Positions 1 to 8,251 of a DNA stretch of 30,718 nucleotides are shown here, piece after piece. A program made the translations under genes and the position numbers. The DNA comes from a bacterium UBP2_UBA2255 (GTDB taxonomy: Bacteria; Edwardsbacteria; AC1; EtOH8). Below the pieces are notes generated by a model that was not told where the DNA came from, ran no database searches, and was given only the letters and a program-made list of their open reading frames with translations. The DNA lies in NCBI GenBank assembly GCA_002347565.1, contig DDXR01000054.1:1-30718 (forward strand), written 5' to 3'. The first letter of the stretch is position 1; the number at the start of each line of letters is the position of its first letter.

Positions 1-576
1 ATCGCCGACTCGGCCGGAATCAAGCTGACGACGGCCAAGTACTATACGCCGTCCGGGCGCTGCATCCACCGCGACAACAGCGCCTGGCAGTCCGGCGAGG
101 CCGACAGCCTGGAGGCCGACACCACGTCCGCGGCGCGGGAGGTCTTCGCCACGCTGGGCGGCCTCAAGCGCAAGGTCTACGGCGGCGGCGGCATCGCGCC
201 CGACGTCAGCGTCGAGATGCCCCGGCTCAGCCGGCTCGAGACCGACCTGGAACGCAAGGGCCTGTTCTTCAAGTTCTCTGTCAGGTACGCCACCGCCCAC
301 GCGGAGCTGGCGAGAAGCTTTGCGGTTGACCGGCCGATGCTGGACGAGTTCCGGAAACTGCTGGCCGAGGACAAGGTCGAGTTCACCGCGGCCGAGTGGG
401 ACAGCAGCGCCGGCTATATCCGCCGCGGCATCAAGCGCGAGATCGTCTCCAAGCTCTTCGGCGAGAAGGCCCGGATCGCCTACTGGCTGGAGGACGACCC
501 CCAGGTGCAGACCGCGGTGTCCCTGCTGGAGAAGCACCGGGACCTGGGCAGGCTGCTGGAGGCGGGGCAGAAGTAA
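1..576 (+). CDS. S41 family C-terminal processing peptidase (Ctp/Prc-like), 5'-truncated at the window edge (3' part only)
   Basis: Frame 1 is open from nt 1 to the TAA at 574-576. The translation carries S41 hallmarks ('TAKYYTPSGR', 'GGGGIAPDV') followed by a C-terminal tail. The ORF track only shows the part from the internal Met at 217. Confidence 0.7.
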   Translation: MADSAGIKLTTAKYYTPSGRCIHRDNSAWQSGEADSLEADTTSAAREVFATLGGLKRKVYGGGGIAPDVSVEMPRLSRLETDLERKGLFFKFSVRYATAHAELARSFAVDRPMLDEFRKLLAEDKVEFTAAEWDSSAGYIRRGIKREIVSKLFGEKARIAYWLEDDPQVQTAVSLLEKHRDLGRLLEAGQK

Positions 577-595
577 CGCCGCCAACGGGACCGCG

Positions 596-1087
596 ATGGC
601 CCGCCACATAGTCATCGACGGCTATAACCTGGCGTATGCCCTGCGGGACACCAAAAGCCTGATGCGCGCCGACCGAGCGGCGGCCAGGAACCGGCTGCTC
701 GACCTGCTGCGGCGATACAAGCGGGCGGCGCCGGCCCAGATCACGGTGGTGTTCGACGGCAGCGGCGCGGGGCCGGACCGGCGGCAGCGGGTGGCCGGGA
801 TCGACGTCCGGTTCTCCCGGCCGCCGCAGAGCGCCGACGACGAGATCAGGTCGATGCTCGGTTCGTCCCGCGACCCGGGACGCCTGCTGGTGATCAGCTC
901 CGACAACCAGGTCCGCCACGCCGCCAGGCGGCGGGGGGCCGGGATGCTGGGCTCCGACGAGTTCGGCGACCGGCTGTTCGCGGCGCTGCAGCGGGACGAT
1001 CCCGGATCGGAGAAGCCTGCGGGCGGCGACACGGAGCACTGGCTGGAGCTGTTTACGAAAACGCCCGGCGGCAGGGAACAGGGGTGA
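596..1087 (+). CDS. NYN/YacP-like (PIN-like) domain protein
   Basis: ATG at 596 lies in frame within track ORF 320..1087. 'HIVIDGYNLAYA' and 'ITVVFDGSGAG' match the YacP/Rae1-type NYN domain N-terminus. The upstream part of the track ORF overlaps the peptidase and is Arg/Pro-rich, so it is taken as an artefact. Confidence 0.6.
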   Translation: MARHIVIDGYNLAYALRDTKSLMRADRAAARNRLLDLLRRYKRAAPAQITVVFDGSGAGPDRRQRVAGIDVRFSRPPQSADDEIRSMLGSSRDPGRLLVISSDNQVRHAARRRGAGMLGSDEFGDRLFAALQRDDPGSEKPAGGDTEHWLELFTKTPGGREQG

Positions 1088-1170
1088 TCGGTTTGAAGAC
1101 GGTCATTGATGTTGACGGCTGCGGCGCCGACCGGACAACCATCCATCCACCGATAATGCAAGGAGACCCA

Positions 1171-1287
1171 ATGGCACGGAGCAAGAACAAGCAGAAACGC
1201 AAGAGCATCAAGTTCAAGCTGAAGCGGACCAAGCGGGCCGAGCGAAAGAAGCGGCTGCTGAAGTCCTCGCAGGGCATCCGGAAATAG
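1171..1287 (+). CDS. 38-aa lysine/arginine-rich basic small protein (hypothetical)
   Basis: ATG at 1171 is preceded by a consensus SD, AGGAG (1161-1165), at 5-nt spacing. The product MARSKNKQKRKSIKFKLKRTKRAERKKRLLKSSQGIRK is about 50% K+R, and is Lys-rich despite the GC-rich background. Confidence 0.45.
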   Translation: MARSKNKQKRKSIKFKLKRTKRAERKKRLLKSSQGIRK

Positions 1288-1298
1288 GGACCCCGCCG

Positions 1299-2501
1299 AT
1301 GGCGGACACCGCTGAACGGGTCTACCTCGACCACAACGCCACCACCCCGGTGCGCCCGGAAGCGCTGGAGGCGATGTTGCCGTTCCTGACGGAACGGTAC
1401 GGCAACGCGTCCAGCGTCCACGCGTTCGGGCGCGAGGCGCGGTCGGCCATCGAACAGGCGCGGCTGGCCATGGCCGAGGTCCTCGGCTGCGAACCCGCGG
1501 AGGTGGTGTTCACCGGATCGGGGACCGAGGCCGACAACCACGCCGTCAAGGGCGTGGCCTTCGCCCAGCGCGACCGCGGCGGACACCTGGTCACCACCAG
1601 GATCGAACACCACGCGGTGCTTCATGCGGTCGAGTACCTGGTCAAGTACCACGGCTGCACCGCCAGCTACCTGGGCGTGGACCGCGACGGGCTGGTCGAC
1701 CCGGACGAACTGGCGCGGGCCATCACCGACCGCACCGTGCTGGTCTCGGTGATGCACGCCAACAACGAGACCGGGACGGTGCAGCCGCTGGAGGAGATCG
1801 GCAAGATCTGCCAGGAGCGCGGCGTGCCGCTGCACACCGACGCCGTCCAGACCTTCGGCAAGCTGCCGCTGGACGTGCGGCGGCTGGGTGTGTCGCTGCT
1901 GACGCTGTCCGGGCACAAGATCTACGCCCCCAAGGGCGTGGGCGCGCTCTATGTCCGCAAGGGGACCAGGCTCCATCCGCTGGTGCACGGCGGCGGCCAC
2001 GAGCGCGGCCGCCGGGCCGGCACCGAGAACGTGGCGGGAATCGCCGCCCTGGCGGCCGCGGCCCGGCTGGCGGCGTCCGAGCGTGATGCTGAGCAGGCAC
2101 GGCAGGCGGGGCTGCGCGACCGGCTATGGCGGCTGATCCGGGAGCGGATCCCCGACGTGCACCGCAACGGGCATCCCGGGCGATGCCTGGCCAACACCCT
2201 CAACGCCTCGTTCCAGTACATCGAGGGCGAGTCGATCCTGCTGTCGCTGGACATGAAGGGCATCGCCGCCTCGTCAGGTTCGGCCTGCACCTCGGGATCG
2301 CTGGAACCGTCGCACGTGCTGACGGCCATGGGCGTGCCGGTGGAGCTGGCCCACGGCTCGGTGCGATTCTCCCTGGGCCGCGGCACCACTGAGGCGCAGG
2401 TCGACGCCACGGCCGACGCACTGGTCCAGGCGGTGGCCCGCCTGCGCGACATGTCGCCCCTGGGACCCCGGGCCTGCAGCGACGGCGGCCGGGCCAGCTG
2501 A
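1299..2501 (+). CDS. iscS: Cysteine desulfurase (NifS/IscS class, PLP-dependent)
   Basis: 400 aa. N-terminus 'VYLDHNATTPVRPEA'. PLP-lysine motif 'SGHKIYAPKGVGALYV'. C-terminal 'SACTSGS' active-site Cys loop. Confidence 0.9.
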   Translation: MADTAERVYLDHNATTPVRPEALEAMLPFLTERYGNASSVHAFGREARSAIEQARLAMAEVLGCEPAEVVFTGSGTEADNHAVKGVAFAQRDRGGHLVTTRIEHHAVLHAVEYLVKYHGCTASYLGVDRDGLVDPDELARAITDRTVLVSVMHANNETGTVQPLEEIGKICQERGVPLHTDAVQTFGKLPLDVRRLGVSLLTLSGHKIYAPKGVGALYVRKGTRLHPLVHGGGHERGRRAGTENVAGIAALAAAARLAASERDAEQARQAGLRDRLWRLIRERIPDVHRNGHPGRCLANTLNASFQYIEGESILLSLDMKGIAASSGSACTSGSLEPSHVLTAMGVPVELAHGSVRFSLGRGTTEAQVDATADALVQAVARLRDMSPLGPRACSDGGRAS

Positions 2502-2529
2502 GCGACCATACCACGAGCCGGAGGAGACG

Positions 2530-3381
2530 ATGAAGACCAATCCCAAGCGGTCGGGGTTCACCAAGGAGATGATCGCCATCCTGGGCAAGGACTACGGCGA
2601 AAGTTCCGAGATCATGAAGCAGGTGGAGGACCTCCTCAAGGAGAAGGCGGCCTCGCTCTACAGCGATCTGATCTACACCCTCACCCACCTGCGCTTTTCC
2701 GAGAACCAGGCCCGCAATCACTGGGAGAAGGTGCTGCAGCACAAGCTGGAGATGGGCAAGCGGCTCGACCGCAACGTCGGCGTGCGGGTGGCGCTGCTGG
2801 ACTACTTCACCAACACCCACCACAAGATCGAGAACCCCAAGATAATCGAACTGGACGTGTTCGAGAAGGCCATGCTGTCGGCGGTGACCGACGGCCTGAC
2901 CGGACTGTACAACCACCGCTTCTTCCAGGACCGGCTGGAGGAGGAGGTGGAGCGCTGCGTCCGATACGCCGGAACACTGTCGCTGCTGATGCTGGACCTG
3001 GACAACTTCAAGATGTACAACGACACCAACGGGCACATCGCCGGCGACGTCCTGCTGGTGGAGGTCTCCAAGCTGATCCGCAAGACCGTCCGCAAGGTGG
3101 ACACGGTGGCCCGTTACGGGGGCGAGGAGTTCGCAGTGGTCCTGCCGTCCACCAGCAAGCGCGGGGCCCTGATCATCGCCCGGCGGATTGTGGCCCGCAT
3201 CGCCGACCATCATTTCCCAAACCAGATCGTGATGCCCGGCGGCCGGGTGACCATCAGCTGCGGCGTGGCCACCTTTCCCGAGGACGCCAAGGACAAGGCG
3301 GCCCTGGTGGACATGGCAGACAAGATGCTGTACAAGGCCAAGCGCAACGGCAAGAACCAGGCGCTGGGGGTGGAGGATTGA
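2530..3381 (+). CDS. Diguanylate cyclase (GGDEF) with a ~125-aa N-terminal domain of unknown type; I-site RxxD present
   Basis: 'GLTGLYNHRFF', 'LDLDNFKMYNDTNGH', and 'RKVDTVARYGGEEFAVVLP' (RxxD I-site five residues before GGEEF). SD AGGAG at 2522-2526. The stop TGA at 3379-3381 overlaps the next ATG. Confidence 0.9.
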   Translation: MKTNPKRSGFTKEMIAILGKDYGESSEIMKQVEDLLKEKAASLYSDLIYTLTHLRFSENQARNHWEKVLQHKLEMGKRLDRNVGVRVALLDYFTNTHHKIENPKIIELDVFEKAMLSAVTDGLTGLYNHRFFQDRLEEEVERCVRYAGTLSLLMLDLDNFKMYNDTNGHIAGDVLLVEVSKLIRKTVRKVDTVARYGGEEFAVVLPSTSKRGALIIARRIVARIADHHFPNQIVMPGGRVTISCGVATFPEDAKDKAALVDMADKMLYKAKRNGKNQALGVED

Positions 3382-4577
3382 TGCAGCGCGGCCGGCCGGG
3401 CTCGGTGATCGCGTGGCGGCGGCACTTCCACCGCCACCCCGAGTTGTCGTTTCGGGAGACGGGCACTGCGCGGACCGTTGCGGCCGAGCTTTCCAGGCTC
3501 GGCCTGACCGTTCGTACCGGGGTCGGCGGCACCGGTAGCACCGGCGGCACCGGCGTGGTGGGGCTGCTGCGCGGCGGCCGGCCGGGGCGCTGCGTGGCCC
3601 TGCGGGCCGACATGGACTGCCTGCCGATAGAAGAGCTGAACCGGACACCCTACCGTTCCGGCGTCAAGGGGATGATGCACGCCTGCGGCCACGACGCCCA
3701 CATGGCAATGCTGTTGGGGGCAGCTTCGCTGCTGGCGGCGCGGAAGGGGGAGCTGGCCGGCTCGGTGAAATTCCTGTTCCAGCCCGGTGAGGAAACGCCG
3801 CCGGGCGGGGCCCTGAGCATGATCCGCGACGGCGCGCTGAAGAGCCCCGCGGTCGACGCAGCCTTTGCCATCCACGTCGACTCGTCGCTGCCGAGCGGCA
3901 GCGTCGGGCTGCGGCGCGGGCCGATGATGGCGGCCTCGGACAATTTCCGGATCGAGGTCACCGGCCGGGGCGGCCACGCCGCCCGCCCCCACAGCTGCCT
4001 GGACCCGGTGGTCTGCGGCGCCGCCATCGTCGGCGCCCTGCAGACCGTCGTTTCGCGCACCATGGACCCGGCCCAGCCGGCCGTGGTGACCGTCGGGACG
4101 TTCCAGGCCGGCACCAAGCACAACATCATCCCCCAGACCGCCCTGCTGGAGGGCACGGCCCGCACCATCGATGCCCGCAGCCACCGGCTGATGCCGGGCT
4201 GGATCCGGCGGATCGCGGCCAATGTGGCCCGGGCCCACGGCCAGACCGCGAACGTCGAGTACGAGCGCGGCTACCCGGTGCTGGTCAACGACCCGGCAAT
4301 GGTCGATTTCGCGGCCGGCGTCGCCGCGCGGATGTTCGGGAGCGAGTCGGTGGCGATGATCGACCTGCCGTTGTTGGGCGGGGAGGACTTCGCCTACTTC
4401 CTGCAGGGGGCCCCGGGCTGCCTGATCCGGCTGGGGACCTGCTCCGGTCCGGCCACGGCCTTCCCCTGGCATCACCCGCGGTTCGACATCGACGAATCCG
4501 CGCTGCCCAAGGGCGCCCGGCTGCTGGCGGAGCTGGCGGCGTCCTTCCTGGCCCAACCGGCCGGCCGGGTGAAATAG
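3381..4577 (+). CDS. M20D family amidohydrolase (N-acyl-amino acid amidohydrolase / hippurate hydrolase-like)
   Basis: 'MHACGHDAHMAMLLGAA' and 'FLFQPGEE' metal-binding motifs. SD GGAGG at 3372-3376. ATG 3381 shares its A with the upstream TGA (TGATG coupling). The track starts at TTG 3378. Confidence 0.85.
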   Translation: MQRGRPGSVIAWRRHFHRHPELSFRETGTARTVAAELSRLGLTVRTGVGGTGSTGGTGVVGLLRGGRPGRCVALRADMDCLPIEELNRTPYRSGVKGMMHACGHDAHMAMLLGAASLLAARKGELAGSVKFLFQPGEETPPGGALSMIRDGALKSPAVDAAFAIHVDSSLPSGSVGLRRGPMMAASDNFRIEVTGRGGHAARPHSCLDPVVCGAAIVGALQTVVSRTMDPAQPAVVTVGTFQAGTKHNIIPQTALLEGTARTIDARSHRLMPGWIRRIAANVARAHGQTANVEYERGYPVLVNDPAMVDFAAGVAARMFGSESVAMIDLPLLGGEDFAYFLQGAPGCLIRLGTCSGPATAFPWHHPRFDIDESALPKGARLLAELAASFLAQPAGRVK

Positions 4578-4595
4578 GACTACAATGGTCCTGTT

Positions 4596-5012
4596 ATGAC
4601 CGGTCCTCCGCTGGTGCCTGCCTGCCCGGTGGCAGTCCGACCCAGCGCCATCCACGGCCGCGGCGTATTCGCGGACCGGCCGTTCCCCAAACGCAAGAAA
4701 CTGGGCGAGGTCACGGGCACGATCATCGATGCCCGGCGCGCGCTGAGAAGAATCGCGCATCATCAGAAGATCTACTTCGTCCAGCTGGACCAGCGCCACG
4801 GCCTGGACTGCTCCCGTGGCAACGAGTTCGGCCGGCTCAACCACTGCTGCGCCCCCAACTGCTACCTGCGCATCATCCGGCACCGGGTGGAGGTCTACGC
4901 GCTGCGAAGTATTCGCAGGGGCGAGGAGCTGACCATCGACTATGGCCAGACGCCGCATCGCGCGGGGATGAAATGCTCCTGCGGCGCCCCCCGATGCAAA
5001 GGGCGGATATAG
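4596..5012 (+). CDS. Bacterial SET-domain protein (putative protein-lysine methyltransferase)
   Basis: 'AIHGRGVFA' (GxG), 'NHCCAPNC' (NHxCxPN), 'ELTIDYG' (ELxxDY) and a post-SET 'CSCGAPRC' Cys motif. 138 aa. Confidence 0.75.
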   Translation: MTGPPLVPACPVAVRPSAIHGRGVFADRPFPKRKKLGEVTGTIIDARRALRRIAHHQKIYFVQLDQRHGLDCSRGNEFGRLNHCCAPNCYLRIIRHRVEVYALRSIRRGEELTIDYGQTPHRAGMKCSCGAPRCKGRI

Positions 5013-5051
5013 GCAGGACGGATTGTCGATGACCGGTTCACGCGTTGGTCG

Positions 5052-5516
5052 GTGCTGTGGACGGAAATCCCCCTTGGGCCAAGGGGGCCGGGGGATGTCC
5101 TGATATTGCCGTATGCGCCGCGGCTGAAACGGCTGGCCCGGGGCCTCAGGAACCGCAGCACACTGGCAGAGGTGCTGCTCTGGAACAAGCTGAAGGGACG
5201 GCAGCTCGCGGGATACCAGTTCCTTCGGCAGAAGCCGATCGGTTCCTTTATCGTTGATTTCTATTGCCCCGCGCTGCGGTTGGTGATAGAAGTGGACGGA
5301 TCGAGCCATCTGACGAAAGCGGACGCCGACCAGAACCGGCAGAGGAAACTCGAGAACCTCGGGCTCCATGTGGTAAGGATCGGGGATGCCGATGTGAAGC
5401 GGGACCTCGACGCGATGGTGCGTCGCGTCGCATGCGAGATCTGCCGGATCGAACGGTTGAACGGGGATGCAAGTCGGGACAACCCCCCGTCCCCCTTCGC
5501 CAAGAGGGATCAGTGA
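5052..5516 (+). CDS. DUF559 (Vsr-like endonuclease fold) domain protein
   Basis: 'AEVLLWNKLKGRQLAGYQFLRQKPIGSFIVDFYCP...LVIEVDGSSH' is typical of DUF559. The start is GTG 5052, or a nearby alternative. Confidence 0.6.
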   Translation: MLWTEIPLGPRGPGDVLILPYAPRLKRLARGLRNRSTLAEVLLWNKLKGRQLAGYQFLRQKPIGSFIVDFYCPALRLVIEVDGSSHLTKADADQNRQRKLENLGLHVVRIGDADVKRDLDAMVRRVACEICRIERLNGDASRDNPPSPFAKRDQ

Positions 5517-5544
5517 TGACGAAGCGGACAGGCAAGGGCCGGAT

Positions 5545-5781
5545 ATGAAAAAGTACATGGTGGTCGAGCGCTACCGGCCCGGCTGCTACGACAAGGTCTA
5601 CCAACGGTTCGACGCCCAGGGCCGGATGTTGCCGGCGGGCCTCAACTACCTGAACTCCTGGGTCAACCGCGAGCGCAGCGTCTGCTACCAGCTGATGGAA
5701 ACGGCCGACGCCGAGCTGTTCGACGCCTGGACCGCCCGCTGGGCCGACCTGGTGGAGTTCGAGATCGTCCCGATCGACTGA
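5545..5781 (+). CDS. Small conserved hypothetical protein (DUF3303-like, 78 aa)
   Basis: ATG at 5545 inside track ORF 5467..5781. 'MKKYMVVERYRPG...' resembles the DUF3303 small-protein family; this is my recollection of the family, not a search result. It is tightly packed with the flanking genes. Confidence 0.45.
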   Translation: MKKYMVVERYRPGCYDKVYQRFDAQGRMLPAGLNYLNSWVNRERSVCYQLMETADAELFDAWTARWADLVEFEIVPID

Positions 5782-5783
5782 CG

Positions 5784-6377
5784 ATGGCCATCATGACAAC
5801 GCTGATCGCAAGCCTGCCGTTGCTGGCCGCCTGCTGCTGGGCGTCGCCGTTCCACCACGGGGCGGTCGAGTCGACGCTCAACCTGTCACAGGGCTTCCGC
5901 CGCGGCGACACCGTCTTCTTCCTGGCGGACCACCACCGCTACCGGCGCGGCCGGACCTTCTGGTTCATCCTGCCGCTCAAGGCCGGTCCCAAGACGCTGT
6001 CCCACCGCACCGCGCTCTATTGCCTGGACACGAGATCGCGGGCCCTGACGCAGGAGGCCGTGCTGGCGGACCCCGCCGAGCTCACCTGCATGCTCGGCTA
6101 CGTCAAGTGGACGCTCCGGGACGGCGCCCTGTACTTCAGCTACAATCCCAGCAACCGGCTGGACCGGAACGGCCACACCGTGCGCGCCCTGTTCCGCCGC
6201 GATATGGCGACCGGCATGGTCGAGCGGATCGCTGACGACGGGAAGCTCGAGGCGGAGCTGTTCTCGGGCTACAAGTCGCCGTGGACGGCCAATCCCGGCG
6301 TGACCGGGATCGCGGACTACAAGCCGCTGCTGCCGGCCGGTGAGTGGGACCTCCCTCAACAAACCCCCCAGCGATAA
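5784..6377 (+). CDS. Hypothetical secreted protein (N-terminal signal peptide)
   Basis: 197 aa. The hydrophobic N-terminus 'MAIMTTLIASLPLLAACCWASP' resembles a signal peptide. It starts 3 nt after the previous stop. No recognisable domain. Confidence 0.4.
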   Translation: MAIMTTLIASLPLLAACCWASPFHHGAVESTLNLSQGFRRGDTVFFLADHHRYRRGRTFWFILPLKAGPKTLSHRTALYCLDTRSRALTQEAVLADPAELTCMLGYVKWTLRDGALYFSYNPSNRLDRNGHTVRALFRRDMATGMVERIADDGKLEAELFSGYKSPWTANPGVTGIADYKPLLPAGEWDLPQQTPQR

Positions 6378-6399
6378 TCCCGCATCCTTACGCGATCTC

Positions 6400-6428
6400 T
6401 TGAAACCGGCCCGGTGTTGTGGTACCAT
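6400..6428 (+). promoter_or_regulatory. Putative sigma70-type promoter (TTGAAA-N17-TACCAT) for the nuoE-like operon
   Basis: TTGAAA at 6400-6405 and TACCAT at 6423-6428, in the 91-bp gap upstream of the NuoE-like gene. SD AAGGA at 6454-6458. Confidence 0.3.
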
Positions 6429-6468
6429 TTCCTCCCGTGAGCAATGACGCATCGATAAGGAACGCAGC

Positions 6469-6975
6469 ATGAAGAAGCCAGCCGGCCCGAGCAAAAAACG
6501 GTCCCCGGCCACGCCACAACGGCCCGACGACCGGGCGGCCATCGCCGGGGCGATCGCCCGCTACGCCGGCAACAAGGGCGCGGTGATCCCGGTGCTGCAG
6601 GAGGTGCAGGCGGCGCTGGGATGGCTGTCGCTGGAAACGCTGGCGGCGGTGGCCGAAGGGCTGGGCATCCCGGTCAGCCAGATCTACGGCGTGGCCACGT
6701 TCTACACCCAGTTCCGGCTGAAGCCGGTGGGGCGGCACCTGGTGCGGGTCTGCCACGGCACGGCCTGCCACGTCAGCGGGGCGGAGAAGATCAGCGAGGC
6801 CCTGCGCTCCTCGATGGGCGCCGGCGACGGCGAGACCACCGCCGACGGCAAGTTCACGGTGGAGTCGGTGGCCTGTCTGGGATGCTGCAGCCTGGCGCCG
6901 GTGATGATGATCGACAGCGAGACCTTCGGCCGGCTGACCCCGGACAGCGCGGCCAAGGCGGTCAAGGAATTCTGA
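6469..6975 (+). CDS. NuoE/HoxE/HndA-like [2Fe-2S] thioredoxin-fold subunit of an NAD(P)H-linked oxidoreductase
   Basis: 'FYTQFRLKPVGRHLVRVCHGTACHVSGAEKI' and 'CLGCCSLAPVMMID' are the canonical 24-kDa subunit Cys motifs. Confidence 0.85.
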   Translation: MKKPAGPSKKRSPATPQRPDDRAAIAGAIARYAGNKGAVIPVLQEVQAALGWLSLETLAAVAEGLGIPVSQIYGVATFYTQFRLKPVGRHLVRVCHGTACHVSGAEKISEALRSSMGAGDGETTADGKFTVESVACLGCCSLAPVMMIDSETFGRLTPDSAAKAVKEF

Positions 6976-7009
6976 TCCAGTTGCCGCAACGTCCGGAGGG
7001 AGGGCGACC

Positions 7010-8251
7010 ATGAGGGAGCATGCCGTAGTACCCATCGTCCTGCTGGCGCTGGCGGCGGGGCTGGCCGCGCAGGCGGCGCCGGCGCTCTACCCCATCAACG
7101 TCGACGGCCGGTTCGGCTACGTCGACCGGGCCGGCCGGATGGCGATCGCGCCCCAGTTCGACTGGGCCTTCGACTTCAGCGAGGGCCTGGCGCCGATCAA
7201 CATCGGCGGCCGCCGCAACGAGTACGGCTTCGTGGTGGGCGGCGCCTGGGGCTACATCGACGCCGCCGGCCGGGTGGCGATCACGCCCCAGTACGACGAC
7301 GCCAAGCCGTTCGCCGAGGGGCGGGCCCTGGTCAACACCGGGGGCTCGGTCAACGAGCTGGGTTTGCTGGCTGGCGGCCGGCGCGGCTACGTCGACCGGC
7401 GGGGCCGGGTGGTGATCGAGCCCCAGTACGACGACGCCCGCAGTTTCTGCCAGGGACTGGCGCTGGTGCGGACGGGCGACCGCTACGGCTACATCGACAC
7501 CGCGGGCGGCGCCGTGACCGAGATCAAGTACCAGGACGGCCGCAGCTTCAGCGAGGGGCTGGCCCTGGTGCGGGCGGGCGACCGCTACGGCTACATCGAC
7601 GCCCGGGGGCGCGAGATCATCCCCTGCCGCTACGCCGACGGCCGCAGCTTCCAGGAGGGCGCGGCGCTGGTGCGCGACACCGGGCGGCTGGGCTTCATCG
7701 ACTTCGGCGGGCGGCCGATCGGCCGCTGCGAGTGGGACGACGCCAGCGGCTTCAGCGAGGGGCTGGCCGCGGTCAAGCGGGACGGCAGGTGGGGCTACCT
7801 GGGGCGCGACGGTGAGGTGGCCGTCGAGTGCCGCTACGATGCCGCCAGCGACTTCAAGCAGGGCCGGGCCGCGGTGCGGCTGGCCGGCAAGCGCGGCTTC
7901 ATCGACCACGCCGGCCGGCTGGCGATCGTCCCGGAGTACGCGGGCGCGCAGGACTTCAGCGAGGGACTGGCCGCGGTCAACCGGGGCGGGACCATCAACC
8001 AGCACGGCTACGTTGACGGCGGCAAGTGGGGGTTCATCGACACCGAGGGCCGGGTGGCCGTCCCCTTCAGGTTCGACTACGCGCTGAGCTTCAAAGGCGG
8101 GCTGGCGCTGGTCAACATCGGCGGCACCATGAACCAGTACGGCGCGGTGGACGGCGGCCACTGGGGCTACGTTGACCGCAAGGGCAGGTACGTCTGGCGG
8201 CCGGGGCAGGTCGAGGTGCCGAAGCCCCGCGGCACCAAGAAACAACCATGA
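7010..8251 (+). CDS. Secreted WG-containing-repeat (KWG-type) protein, ~10 tandem ~35-aa repeats
   Basis: Signal peptide 'MREHAVVPIVLLALAAGLAAQAAPA'. Repeated units 'GYxDxxGRxxIxPQYDDAxxFSEGLALV'. SD GGAGGGA is about 8 nt upstream. The stop overlaps the nuoF-like start (ATGA). Confidence 0.75.
   Translation: MREHAVVPIVLLALAAGLAAQAAPALYPINVDGRFGYVDRAGRMAIAPQFDWAFDFSEGLAPINIGGRRNEYGFVVGGAWGYIDAAGRVAITPQYDDAKPFAEGRALVNTGGSVNELGLLAGGRRGYVDRRGRVVIEPQYDDARSFCQGLALVRTGDRYGYIDTAGGAVTEIKYQDGRSFSEGLALVRAGDRYGYIDARGREIIPCRYADGRSFQEGAALVRDTGRLGFIDFGGRPIGRCEWDDASGFSEGLAAVKRDGRWGYLGRDGEVAVECRYDAASDFKQGRAAVRLAGKRGFIDHAGRLAIVPEYAGAQDFSEGLAAVNRGGTINQHGYVDGGKWGFIDTEGRVAVPFRFDYALSFKGGLALVNIGGTMNQYGAVDGGHWGYVDRKGRYVWRPGQVEVPKPRGTKKQP

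Noticed and set aside
320-595. N-terminal 92-aa extension of the NYN-domain ORF (track ORF 320..1087)
   Set aside because: It overlaps the S41 peptidase C-terminus in another frame with a low-complexity Arg/Ser/Pro translation. The ATG at 596 begins exactly at the YacP-like conserved N-terminus.
3210-5558. 782-aa minus-strand ORF, plus similar long antisense ORFs at 8167..10002, 10090..13566, 14464..16038, 25161..26903, 6962..8281 and 2200..3648
   Set aside because: All lie antisense to well-supported plus-strand genes with clear domain signatures. Their translations are Arg/Gly/Ala/Pro-rich low-complexity sequence, as expected from stop-codon-poor GC-rich DNA, with no recognisable motifs.
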